Assembly (NCBI GenBank): GCA_012862495.1
Contig: BLSG01000236.1
Location: 1-56,946 of the forward strand
Length of the DNA stretch: 56,946 nucleotides
Direction: 5' to 3'
Source of the DNA: Thraustochytrium aureum
Lineage: Eukaryota
In this document: one piece after another, positions 11,793 to 24,092 of the stretch
How positions within the stretch are numbered: position 1 is the stretch's first letter
How the letters are laid out: every line of letters begins with the position of its first letter
Notes under the pieces: model-generated
Seen by the model: only the letters and a program-made list of their open reading frames with translations
The model's database searches: none
Told to the model about the DNA's origin: nothing
Translations under genes and position numbers: made by a program

Positions 11793-13927
11793 CTAAAGTG
11801 CGAAAAATGTGCGAAAATGTGCGACGCGCACCCTACGAACGAGGTTGCCGTTGAAGGGCGCGCAGAGCAGCCGCCAGCTCGGCGAGCCGCAGCCGCTGCA
11901 GAGACCGGTCGAGGACGGCGCGGAGGTGGCGCCTGCGCCAAGTGGTTCGCCGCTCTGGCCGCTGCGAGGGCCGGGAGCTCGCTGTGCCAGCAGAGGACGC
12001 TTGCAGGGCGTGGTGGCTGCTGCCCAGGTCGCTGAGCGAGAGCGCCAGACCTCGCGGGTCTGCCCCGCGCGCGTGGCAGACGAGCTGGGCCAGTGCGAGG
12101 CGTGCCGCCATGCGAGCACGCTGCCGCGTGAGCGCTGCACGAGGAGTCGAGCGAGGCCAAGCGGGAGGCGGACGGCCGCCTTGAGACGCGCCTTGAGCGC
12201 CTCGAGTGGGTCGGCTCCGCGAGGCAGCTGCGTTTGCGAGGTGCTTTCCGATGTTGAAACGCGCGTCGTCTGCAGCCCCTTTGAGAAAGTGGGCAAAGAG
12301 GCTCCCTTGGGGGAGTCACGCCGTTGCAGCTCGCGCCGCGCAGAGGCGACCTCGGCCTCAAGCTCTTCCGCGCGCCGCTCCGCCTCGTCTAGTTCCGCGC
12401 AAGCCTGCGTATGGGCCTGCATGTGCTGGAACACTTGCTGCTGCGCCAGACGCAAAGCAGACTTCAGGCGGCGGTTCTCCTCGGCGACCGAGTCGAGCTC
12501 GCTCTGCACCGACTCGAGTTCCGCGGCGTGAATCTTTCGGAGCGAATCCCCAATTGTCGCGTCTGGCGGCCGGTGCGCGGGCCCGTTGAGGAATACTCTG
12601 GTTTGAGTGGTGCCCGGGTCGCGCAATTGGTGTGCGAATGAACCAGTTGAGCGCCCTTCGCCCTTTGGCGAGCTGCCAACGCTCGGCTTCTTGCTTCTTG
12701 CCTCCTGCATCTCCGAGAGGGCCTTACGGAGCGCGTCGCTGCGCTCGTCGAGCGCCCGGTCTTTCCTCGCCAATTGCTCGCGAAGCTTCCCCTCGCGGTC
12801 CTCCGCGGCCTGGCGGTGCGCGCCAGCCTCACGCTCTTGACGCGCGAGCGCGGCGCGGGACTGCTCGAGCTGGGTCTCCAGTTGCGAAACGCGCTGGTCT
12901 GAGCGGCTGTTCGCCTCGGCGAGCGAGGCCTCTAGTTGCGAAGCGCGCGCGCGAAGTTTATCCAAGCGCTCTTGCGCGGCGCTTGCGCGTTCTGAGCGCT
13001 CGTCGCTCCGGCGCGCGCCCGCTGCGCGCTCGAGTTCAGCAACGCGGCGCTTGCGGGCCGCAGCAACCTCCTCCAGCTCGCCGAGCCTCGCTGCGGTGCG
13101 TAATAGCTCCTCTTCGGCCGCGCGCCGCCCCGCCCGCTCCGACTCTAGGCTCGCCTTGACCTGCGCGGAGGCCCGAGCCAAGTCTCCAAGCCTCTTGGCG
13201 GTCCGCTCGAGCTCGGCGCCCTTGGCAAGAGCAGCCGCCGAAACCTTGCTCAGGCTGCCCTGCAACGCGTCGCGCTCTTCCACAAGTTGAGCTTCTCGAG
13301 TCGCTGCGTCTGCGNNNNNNNNNNNNNNNNNNNNNNNNNNNNNNNNNNNNNNNNNNNNNNNNNNNNNNNNNNNNNNNNNNNNNNNNNNNNNNNNNNNNNN
13401 NNNNNNNNNNNNNNNNNNNNNNNNNNNNNNNNNNNNNNNNNNNNNNNNNNNNNNNNNNNNNNNNNNNNNNNNNNNNNNNNNNNNNNNNNNNNNNNNNNNN
13501 NNNNNNNNNNNNNNNNNNNNNNNNNNNNNNNNNNNNNNNNNNNNNNNNNNNNNNNNNNNNNNNNNNNNNNNNNNNNNNNNNNNNNNNNNNNNNNNNNNNC
13601 CTTCAACGAGCAGCGCGCCGCCCCAAGGACTGGGCCCGGCCCACAACGAGCGATTGAGGCGTGCGCCGCCTCGCTCCCCGCCCCAGCCCTGGGCTCAAGC
13701 TTGTCCACCAGCTCCACCTCCTCCAGTACGTCGATGGGCGGCGGCGGCGGTGGCGAGTACACGAGCAGCTCGGCCGACATCTCGAGCGCGTCCGAAGCCT
13801 TGTCGATCAGCACCTCCAGGCGCGGCGCGACGGCCCGGTCGAACCAGGACGCAGACCGATCGCGCAGCTCGCCGCCCTCGTCCTGCTGGCCTTCCAGCGC
13901 ATCCCTCGCGCCGTCTCGCGTGGCCAT
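11793..13927 (-). CDS. Hypothetical coiled-coil protein
   Basis: ATG at 13927 (MATRDG...). Long E/A/R/L-rich heptad region after gap 13315-13600. The last about 120 codons look less coding-like, so the 3' end is uncertain. Confidence 0.55.
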
Positions 13928-14007
13928 CGCGCGCGCGGCCGGCTGGCCATTGGCCCTTGGAGGTCGAAAATGGGCCAACGACGCCAGAACGAAAACCGTG
14001 GGCCGCC
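13928..14007. promoter_or_regulatory. Putative very compact bidirectional promoter (80 bp between start codons)
   Basis: Minus-strand ATG at 13927 and plus-strand gccgccATGg at 14008. Confidence 0.45.
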
Positions 14008-14728
14008 ATGGCCGCCGCGCTGCCAGCGACGCTGTGGGCGGCGCGCTGCGCGGCAGAGCTGCTGCCGCAGGAGAGCGTATCGGGCGTGTTTGACGCGGGC
14101 CGCCTGAGCGCGCGGCAGGCCGAGTGGAAAGAGCGCGAGGTGGAAAAGGAGTGGACGAGGCGCTGTCTCGGAAACGCCAACCTGTTCAACGCGAGCAAGT
14201 TCCGGCTCGGCTGGGTGCGCCAGCGCGGCGAGGGCGGGCTGGAGATTGGAGTGGGTATCACAGACTACAGGGAGTTTATTGGGACCAACTGCGTCGCCGA
14301 TGCGGCGGTGGCGGCGAGACTGGAGGAGCAGGGCGCGCGCGAGGACGGCGACCCGCGGTCCCTGCTTGCCGATCCTCTCGGCGTTGGCGCACTTGTTGTG
14401 ACGGCAGACGACAGGATCGTGATGATTAGGCGCAGCCGGGACACTGGCGAGTACCAGGGCTTCGTTGATCTGCCCGGGGGGCACCCGGAGCCCACGCGCG
14501 CCAAGCTGAACGCGGCGTCGGGCGGCGAAGCCGCGGGAGCGGCCTTCGTTAAGGAGCTGTTCTGGTCCGTGCAGGATGAGGTCGTCCAGGAAATAAACAT
14601 TCCCTTGGAGAACTTGTCGCGCCCGTCTGGTGGACCTCGCTTGTGCGCCATCGTTCGCCAGCACGGGCAAAGCCGCGGCAGACCAAGCGCGCTTTTCGTT
14701 CTTCGCTGCTCGCTCCTGGCAGACCAAG
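14008..14728 (+). CDS. NUDT22: Nudix hydrolase NUDT22-like (UDP-glucose pyrophosphatase); 3' end in gap
   Basis: LFNASKFRL, GITDYREFIGTN, LADPLGVGA, IRRS...GEY.G..DLPGGHPEP, ELFWSVQDEVVQEINIP and GRPS match the NUDT22 family. Confidence 0.88.
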
Positions 14729-15215
14729 NNNNNNNNNNNNNNNNNNNNNNNNNNNNNNNNNNNNNNNNNNNNNNNNNNNNNNNNNNNNNNNNNNNNNNNN
14801 NNNNNNNNNNNNNNNNNNNNNNNNNNNNNNNNNNNNNNNNNNNNNNNNNNNNNNNNNNNNNNNNNNNNNNNNNNNNNNNNNNNNNNNNNNNNNNNNNNNN
14901 NNNNNNNNNNNNNNNNNNNNNNNNNNNNNNNNNNNNNNNNNNNNNNNNNNNNNNNNNNNNNNNNNNNNNNNNNNNNNNNNNNNNNNNNNNNNNNNNNNNN
15001 NNNNNNNNNNNNNNNNNNNNNNNNNNNNNNNNNNNNNNNNNNNNNNNNNNNNNNNNNNNNNNNNNNNNNNNNNNNNNNNNNNNNNNNNNNNNNNNNNNNN
15101 NNNNNNNNNNNNNNNNNNNNNNNNNNNNNNNNNNNNNNNNNNNNNNNNNNNNNNNNNNNNNNNNNNNNNNNNNNNNNNNNNNNNNNNNNNNNNNNNNNNN
15201 NNNNNNNNNNNNNNN

Positions 15216-17446
15216 GCTTCGTCCGGACCTGCCCCGTTATTGGCGTCGTCGTGGCCTTCCGCCAGGTCTTCATACACAGGTTCAATTGGCGCGCCGTCCG
15301 TGGGCACTTCCCACTGCGTCTCGCCAGTGTGCGAGTTTGCGTAGTACTTGGCAGACGAGTTGGGGTCTACATACTCAAACCAAACGATGCCCTCCGAGCT
15401 GTCGCCGCCCCCTCCGCCATCGTCAAGTTCTTGGGGCTCAATCCCGCGCGACACAAAGAGCGCTGTGCACTCGGTGTGCTCGTGGCACTTGGCCAAGGTG
15501 GGCGCCGTCAACCCGGACAAGTTTGTCGCGGTCGCGTCCACGCCGCTGTCGAGGAGCAGCCTGACGCATTCCGTGTTGCCGTTGCAGGCCGCGGCGTGAA
15601 GCGGCGTGTCACCGCGAATGTCCGCGTACCGCAAGCTCGTCCCCTCAGCGTCGATTCCGATCAAGTGTCGAGCTACGTCGACCCAGTTGTTTGCGCAAGC
15701 GTCGAAAAGCACGCTCCGCCCGTTGATGTCAAACCCGTAATAGTCAGCCCCGTACGAAAGCAACTTCTCGAGGACTGCGAGGCTCGGGCCTGCTGCAGCC
15801 GGCGTCTTTCCCGTCGCATAGTTTGGAGGGCCGTCCGGGTCTGCGCCGAGCTGCAGCAGCATGCTAACGCAGTCCTCGAGTTGAAAATAGGCTGCTGTGT
15901 GCAGCGGGGTGTCACCGTTGTAGTCGGGGATCGTGAGGCTCGTTGGGTCGCACGACCCGAGAAGCGCGATTGCATTAAAGTTGCCGTTTCCGGCTGCAGT
16001 ATGAAGCGGCGTTTTACCCTCAAGGTCGAGCGTCTGTGTGAGGGGTTCCAGTTCGCTTTGGCCGAATTCGGCCTCCTCGCTGGCCTCGCCGTCACTGTTG
16101 CCCTTGCCCTCCTCGCTTTCGCTGACGTCGTCGACGACGGGAAGCTTGCCAGCGGTATTTGACTGCTGGCTTGTGGCGCCGCTTGCTTGGATTGCGCCGA
16201 CGATGAGTTCCAAACAGTTGTCGTGCCCGTAAAGGCAGCAGATGTGCAACGGGGTTCGCCCATCTGGATCTGGCGTCCGGAGATCGCCATTCAGCTCAAT
16301 AATTTTCGACATATGCTCGGCGTCGTCGTAGTAGCATGCGAGGTGCGCAGCAGAGTACCCCTCGTACGGGCTTTCGAGCCAGTCAAAGTCGTCTGCGCTT
16401 GCCGATTCTGTCGCTCCTGCCGAGTCAGACGGCGGCTGGGCGCCTGCTGCAGATGCCTTGGGCGCTGCTTCAGTCTCGTCCTTCTTTGCGCCCGATTCTT
16501 CTGCAGGCCCATCGCCGCCAGCGGCTGGGCCTTGCTCCTTCGTCTCGAGCTCCACGGTGCGGATCTGGTCGAGTAGACGCCTGCGCCGCTCTTGCGCGGC
16601 TTCGTCATCGCTCTCGCTGTCACTGTCGCTGCCGCTGTCCGCTTCAAGAGCGGCCGCTCTCTCGCGAAGTTTCGCCTCCAACGCCTGCTTCTCCTTGAGC
16701 CGCTCCGCCTCTTTGGCCTGCTCCGCCTCCTGGCGCTCGAGCTCCTCCTTCGCGCGGGCTTCCTCGGCCTCCCGCTTCCGCCGCAGGGCCTCGTCGCGTT
16801 TCTCTCGAGCTTTTTCCATCTTGATGAGCAACTCGAGCTCGCGGTCGATGCGCTCCTGCTCTTCTTTCGAGCGCTCCTCATCCTCGTGGCGGTTTTGCAT
16901 GCGCTTGATCTGCATCAGCTTGGCCATGCGGTCGTTGCCGAGTCCGCTTGAGACGGCGTCTTTCGCGTCGGCTTTGGCGGCTTGCTTTTCTTGCTGCTCG
17001 CGCTTGCACTCTATCGCGTGCTTGCCGAGCTCGCGCGCGGTTTCGAACGCGTCGCGCCCGCATCGTGGGCATCGAAGCGACTTGCCGGGCGAAGTTACGG
17101 GCTCTGGGAGCTGCGGCGAAGCTGGCCGCTCTCGTGCAACGAGTGTGGCTCGAGGGCGACCAAGGCCCGCGCTACTCGGGCTCTTGAGCTCTGTTGGGGA
17201 GCCCGCTCGCGAGGTTCCCACATTTGTGTTGACGGTGTATCGCTTCGTCGTGGCGGTCTTGGGGGACGACACCACTTTCGGCGAGCCGCCCTGCCGCGCC
17301 GCGTCGGCTTCAGGAAGCACGTGGATTCTCAGCGTTCTCGTCTTGCCCCCATCGCCGCTTGCGCCTGATCCGCCGGCAGGGCCGTCGGCTTCAGTGCTGC
17401 CAAAGTCGGTTGCGGCGATCTCGCGTGCCGCGTTCGTGGGATTCAT
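15216..17446 (-). CDS. Zn-finger / coiled-coil / ankyrin repeat / WW domain protein (3' end in gap)
   Basis: CPRC-x13-H-x3-C finger (about 17005-17072), E/K/R coiled coil, repeated G.TPLH.A ankyrin motifs (about 15460-16360), and WW domain WFEYVDPNSSAKYYANSHTGETQWEVP (about 15303-15385). Confidence 0.85.
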
Positions 17447-17956
17447 TGCCCCGCAGGCTGCCGAGGCGGGCGGGCGCCTGGCGCAGACTCCGATGCGTGT
17501 GGCAGCTTACTGGCGCTGCGCTCCTCGCCAGAGGCGGCTGGCTGGCGTGCTGCCCTGCCCGCCCGCTCGGGTTGGCACATTGCAGAGCGGTTCATGTGGA
17601 ATAAATCCGTTGGCATGCTTTTGGGGTGACAGCGAGGCACGAGGTGACCTGCAATTGGTACCCATGGGTACCCCCACCCGCTACGCTCTGTCAAAGCGGC
17701 TTTGAATGTACACGAGCCGGAACTGCAAGTAAGACCTGGTTCAGGTGCCCTTCAACTTGGCAAACGACGGGCTTGCGACAATGGCTCAAAAAGGCGGCGT
17801 TCTCGCGACGAACTCGCTAACGAAAGGCCGGCAACCTGAAGAGAAGAAACGGGGGGCCAGCCACGGCACGGTGGAATTCTAAGCTACTCTTTGGGCATCT
17901 ATTGCGCAGAGCTGCTGGCCAGAAACGTTCGGCCTGGCAGGACGCGTCCCGACTAC

Positions 17957-20900
17957 TTACTCGGAGCTGCCGCCCATCGAGATAAACTCTCGGGCAAGGA
18001 ACTCGCGCAGCTTGGGGAGCTTGTTGTAGAGGTCTTCGGGGACCATGAGCAGCAGGCGGCGGGTGCGCTTGAGCTCCGTGTCGAGGCTCTTGATAACATC
18101 GCGCACGATGAAGGTATAGATGAAGACGGTTGCGAGGAGGAAGAGGATAAGCAGCACGCTTCTCGTCTTGGCATCCCTTTCCAGCTGAGCAGTCACCTCT
18201 CTGACGTAGAGCACAACAGAGGTGGTGTACTGCGTCTGAAGGTATCGCTCCTCCAAAGTGAGGAGCTCACCGAGCGAAGTGACGTTCAACACGTCAAGGT
18301 TTGCCCCAAAGGGGCTCGCTGGCTCAATCGTATCGAGCAAGGTCCTGAGGCGCTTGGTGAAGTGGAACGTCGCCGATTGGAGGCCGCCCAGCATTATGCC
18401 GCTCTTGAACGTCGCGCACTCCTCTGCCGTGGGTAGGCCCTCGCGAACGAGCCACTCGTAGCAGCCGTTCTCCAACAAAAGCTTGACTTGGTCTGCGTCG
18501 CGGTCCGTAAACTCCATGAGGCCGGGGTAGTTGGCTCCGTCGCCGTCAAGGAGGACAGAGTTGACATGGTCAAACATGCCCATCGCTAGCTTGCATTTTC
18601 TTTGCTGAGCGGCAGCTCGCTGCTCTGTGGGAGCGTCGTCCCCGCGAGATAGAGAAATAGCGAGTGCTTGACGTAGCGGAGCGTGGCCCGGCGCAGACCA
18701 GAGTAGTTGACAGACTGCGGGACCTGCAGCAGGTAGCTGAGCTGCAGGAAAAACCCCAGCGTGTAGTTGAGCGCGTAGAACAGAAAAGATGCGAGCCCTG
18801 GCAAAGCCATGCGCCACAGCACGCGCAAGTGCGCCGCACTGCGCGCCTGCTCGCGCAATCGACTCGATGAGAATGGCGACACGTGCGCCGAAGCGCTCGC
18901 AAAGAGCAGCCCGCAAGAGAGCCGTGCGACGAACCGCTTCACGCACGGGAGCCGACCAACTCGGACCGGGTCTCGGTGTTTGCTCTTGTGCTTGCGCTTC
19001 TTGCCGCTCCCCTCTGTTCCGCCTGCTACAACACCCCCAAAGTTCTCTTGCATGACCTCCTGCGGGATGCTGTGCACGTCCTCAAGGCGGGTCTTGCAGC
19101 GGTGCGAAATCGTTTCAATGGACGCCGCCGGAATGGCATTGATGACGTCGAGCACCTCGAATTTGTTCTTGTCGATCATTGAAACGAGGGGGGAAATGAG
19201 AAACACGATGAGGCTGGCCTGCAGCACGACTGCGAAGAGCATCGCCCCGAGGAAGATCGGGATCATGTTGATTATCCTCTCCTTTGCATGCTCCATGTAA
19301 GCAAAGGTAGTCGCATTGAGGTGGGCCAGGTATGAGTGCTCGCCGTACAGCTGCTGCACAAGCATGTACACCTTCGCATTGTCCGCCGTGAAGGCCGATA
19401 GCGGCAGCTGGGCTATCTGCTTTGCGTTGCTGGTGATGAGCGAAGTTGCGTCGAAGAGCGTCAGCATGTTGACGGTGGACGTATTGAGCAGCCGCGACCG
19501 GACGACGGTGGTCTCATAGCCATACTCTTCCTCCAAGTAACTGTTGATCGCGCGATGCCCGAACGACTCGAGCTCGATCGTCTTGAGCGAGCCGATATTC
19601 GCTTCCAGGTCCTTGCGCAAGCCTGCTTCGGTGATTCCCGCGGGAAGCACGTAGCCCATGTTTAGAATCGTGAGAGCGTGCACGCAGTAGGCAATGGAGA
19701 CCGCGTTGAAGCGCCGAAAGCCGGCCTTGTTGAGAAACGTAACGTCCAAGAAATAGTCGCTCAGGTGCTGCTCTTGAATGTAAAAGTAGACGACAGCAAC
19801 AACCACGACAACGACCATAGAAAGGAGGTACTTGCTGCTGAGGCGCTTGAGGATGGGGGACATTTTGTTGCTTGCCCCGTCCTGTTTCAGGATGCGGCGA
19901 AGGTACGTAGAGCCGGCCTCGGACGCCCCGTCGCTCGCTGCGTCGTCGTCCTCCGCCAGTGAGCTCGTCGCGGTCTTGATTCGATCGTCGTCGATGGCTC
20001 GAGACCTTGGAGTCTGACTTGTTCCGCGCATGCTGGAGCCGCGCATGCGAAACGACGGCGATTGTCCCTTGGCGCGGGCATGCAAGCTCCCGGGCGACCA
20101 AGCGCCATTGTGCTCGGAGCTCTTGTTGCGCTGGAGGGTGGCGGAGTTGGGCTCGAGGAAGGCTGCGCTCGGGTCGAAGAGGTCTGCTTCTGATGAATTG
20201 AAGTTGTTGTGCGAACTGCTCTCGAAATCGGAAAAGTCGTCGCCATCGTCTGACTGAATATCAACGGGGCCGGCGCCTTCTCTGAAGAAGCGCTCATCTT
20301 GGTTGATTGGGATGGAGAAGGTGACCTTTTCAAGCTGGAAGCCCTCGTAGTCAATCAGCTCGGAGAATACCTCAACCTGCCCGAGCCGACCAACCCACGC
20401 TGGCTTGACAGCTAGAATTGTTGTGCGCTGCGACGCCTCTCGGTCGTTCGGCTCCACGAAGAGCGCCCCGTAATTGAGAAACATGTCTTGCAAGCAAATA
20501 CCGCTGTTGGCGACATCGACTCCGCCAGCCGATGTCAGGGGGGCGCCATCGAGCAAGGTTGTAAAGCGCATCAGAATGTGCTTGGCTGCTGCGTTTGCTC
20601 CGAGTAGCTCGCTGCCCTGATGCTGCGAGCTACAAACGACGTACCCGGACACGGAGCCCGCCTCGACTTCGCCGACGGCGCTGCCGAGCGACTCCTCAGG
20701 CGCGAGGGAGACAAACATGCTAAAGTCGACCCCGTTCGCGGTGTACGGCGCCAGCTTCATGGTAACTTGCACGCAATCCTTCTGCGAGGAGAGGCAGAAT
20801 GCTGTAAGCGGTTTGCCCAGGAAAGGGCTCTGGCCTTCCGTGAAATAGCGGTGCACGATAGTCTTGAGGTGCGTCGAGAACGGCGGCATCAGGCGGTCTT

Positions 20901-23070
20901 GCACCAGCGTCCCTGCAAGCTTGTGCGCAACCTCGTTGAAGAGTTGAACCGCGTCAGAATTGATGTACTGCAGCTGCCCGAGCTGGCGGCCCGTCATGTC
21001 AAACATGAGAACCGGGTCGAGAGCCGCTGCACCACTTTGCGAGTGCGGGCGTGCTGCACCTGCAACCGCGGCAGCCGCATCGGACTTGTGCGTCTTGTCC
21101 TCTTTGAGCGCTTCAGCCCGCAGCAGCGCCTTGTTGCCCCCAATGCGGTCGTTGACGACCTCGGTGAGGAAGCCGCCATAGAGGTGTAGGAGGCGCGAGG
21201 ACTTGGGCTGCACAGACAGGAGCTTGGCGTAAGACTTTAGCGCCTTGCTCGAGTAGTCCGCGGCGTGCTTGGAGTACATCTGGATGCGCTGGCTGTCGGG
21301 CTGCTTCATTTTGAACTCCTTCCAAAACTGGAGCAAACTGAAGCAAGCAAGCTGGTCGAACATGCGGCTCTCTCGCTCAAACTTCTCCCCGGCCACAAAG
21401 GAGAGCACATCTTGGCCGCTCCCAACGATCTCCTTTAGCTCTGATCGCAATTTGAAGAGGCGGAATTCGACGTCAAAGTACGGCCGCCGTTCTTTGGCAG
21501 CGAGAAGCGGCGAGCGGCTGAGGACTGTGCCTCGCTCGCTGTCGAAGAAACTCTGGAAAAAGTAGATCTGGAACAGGCAAACTTGGTCTGACGCCTTGAA
21601 CTGCTGTGCGGCCTGTTCGTACATGCGACGGGCGTATGCGGTGACGGCCGACTCCCGCGAGGCGGCACTTTGGGCACCCAGGCCGCCGCTTGCACGTGAC
21701 GAGACGCTGTCTTGTCGCTTGCGACTCCCTGAGTTGACACGGACGATCTTGGATCCGGAAGTGAACCCGAACGTAGGCTCGTCTTCACTATCACGGTCGT
21801 CGTCGTTGCTCTGAAAGTTCCCGTCCGTCAACAGCAAGCGCTGCTTTTCGTCTCCGGTCTCGCTGGACTCGCTCAGGCGCGGGTGGTTTTCGCGGAGAAA
21901 GGTCCGGACCTTGAGTTCGAACTCGTACGCGTTTCGAAGGCGGAACATGTCGGCCTCTGCCAGCTGCCGCAGCCGATATCGCATTGTGAATTGCACGAGC
22001 GGGACGATGCACAATGTGCCAAACACAGTGGTGACGACCGCGTCAAAGTGGCGCGCACTTCCGCTCGAGCCCTCGGCCGATGCAATTCTGTCAATTTCAA
22101 CAATGAGCGAACCGACGGCGATCCATGCCATGAGTGCGTTGGAGCAGCCATACCACGCGTTGATGCTCGAGTGGTAGAACGGCTGGTACCACGCGAAGAG
22201 ATAAGCCGAGAGCACTCCGCCAGCCAGAAATGCGATGCACAGGAGAGCGCGCCCGGCAGGCGACGCGGACCAGTCTGGAAGCTCCTGAAACAATACATAC
22301 AGCGTCGTCAGGCAGAGCTTGAGGAGCATGTCCAGGACGCCGATCCGGGTGTGCGCGCATGCCAGCGGGGTCTCCGAGGTTAGCAGCGGGTCGAACATTG
22401 TACTGCGCACAAGCAAGGTCGAGATCGTGAAAAGGCCGAAAAACAGGCCGACCAGCGGCTTGAGGTTGTTGCAGCGTGAGGCGCCGCTCGTGCAAACGAG
22501 CTCGGACGTGAAAGTCTGCACCATCGGAATGAAAGCCAAGCCCGTTTGAAGCGAAACAAGGCGCTGAAGAAGCTTGACAGGCCAAGTGATGTTGAGCAGG
22601 GACCGTGAGAATCTGTACCCAAGAAAGATCGCGTTGCAAAGCGTTCCGAAAACCAAGAATATCGCCGCAAATCCCATCACGTCTTCGCCAACGACGCTCG
22701 TGAACAAGTTGAAGATGTTAAAGTACCCATACGCCAACCAAGCGAGAGTGCTTGGATCAGTTTCGCCGCTTTTCGTGGAGAGCATCGGCTTGGCAGCAAA
22801 GACGAACAGCTGAAGAGCTTCGACGCAGATGCTGAACTTCACTCCGAGCATCGAGTTTGTATTTTCATTTGTCATGAGCATGAGAACGCCCGACCCGGCG
22901 GACTTGACGTTGACGGCGACCGACTCAAGGAAACCAAACCACGACTCCTCCTCGCTTGACTCTCCGCCGTCGCCGTCGCCACTGACGCTGTCAAAAGGGT
23001 TGACGCCTCTAGTCCCGCCTTCAAGCTCGGCAAAGTCCATCTTGAAAGCGGCGGAGCCAAGCTCTGCCAT
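17957..23070 (-). CDS. TmcB/TmcC-like multi-pass PAS-domain membrane protein, paralog 1
   Basis: About 8 N-terminal TM helices (YQPFY motif), a TPR-like helical region (FWKEF...YAKLL...P.S..LL.LYGGFL.EV.ND), a PAS domain (YINSDAVQLF...LMPPFS...RYFTEG), then two TM-ectodomain-TM modules. Start is 23070 or 23040; one-base frame break near 18590. Confidence 0.8.
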
Positions 23071-24059
23071 TGCCACAGCGAGCGTCGTTGTGGCCGAGGC
23101 TGCGTTGGGAGTTTGCTGTTGCCTTGCTGCGCCTCGCGGAGCTTGCACGTTTTGTTGGTTCAAGGTCGCGTTCGGCAGGAAGGGCCGGCGTCAGACCACG
23201 CGCAGGAGATTCGGGTGGTCTGCTGTTCCATGCGCTGCAACCAAGCGACAGTGTGGCAACGTGCTTTTGTCCACGTGCGGTCGCCGTGAGTCGCCGTGCC
23301 ATTCAGGCGCAGCAAAAATCGCTGCTACTTCCTTCCTCTTTCAAGAAATCAATCATGAAGCGGTGCCGCAACAAAGCCGTTGGCGGCCCTCTTTGCTCAC
23401 GTTCTCCACCCCCAACGAGCCAAGCCCAGCCAGCCACCCTCTGGCTCAACGGCAGGGCCTTCTCAGGACTGTTGATTGATGATCAAGAAGAATGAAGCAG
23501 CGCCCCGCTCCTTGGAGAGAATGCCCGGTTTCTCGATGCCGGCAGGCGTTCGAGCTAGCTCGTTTTGTCAGCTGCGCGCAACCTTGGTCCCAAGCAGAAA
23601 ACGCCTCCTTGTCGACGATAGGTCGCCCGTTGGAGGCGGTCCAGTTCAAACGTGGAGGCTCCCTTGCAGCGCTCATGCGCATCTTCGTTCGCCTGAGCGT
23701 CACCCCCCCGTTCTTCCGAGCTCGCCTTGAACCGCTCGCTCTCCCGCGAGGGACCAGCTGCTAACTGAGCTAAAGCCGAGCTGCCGGCGTTGGTTTGGCA
23801 AACGCATACACGTGCAGCCTCCTCGGTGGGGATCGGCATGCTTCTCGGTGGATTGGTGATGCGTGGTGCGTCATCCAGAGTGGACAGTTACCGTTGGCTT
23901 TTTTAATGGTCATCAGACAGTGCCTGGCAGGCAGCTCCTTGCGAGCGCGCAGGCCTTCCCAGAAGAGCTCCTGCAGAGGCTTATGTATCAGTACAGTAGG
24001 GATTCTGCTGGCCAAAGTCATCGCGCAAATCAAATCACAGCAGGGAAGCGACAAGATTC

Positions 24060-24092
24060 GCCCTCCAAAGAAAAGCCCTCCAAAGAAAAGCC
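24060..24092 (+). repeat. Perfect 15-nt tandem duplication in the shared upstream region of the TmcB-like pair
   Basis: gccctccaaagaaaa x2 followed by gcc. Confidence 0.85.
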
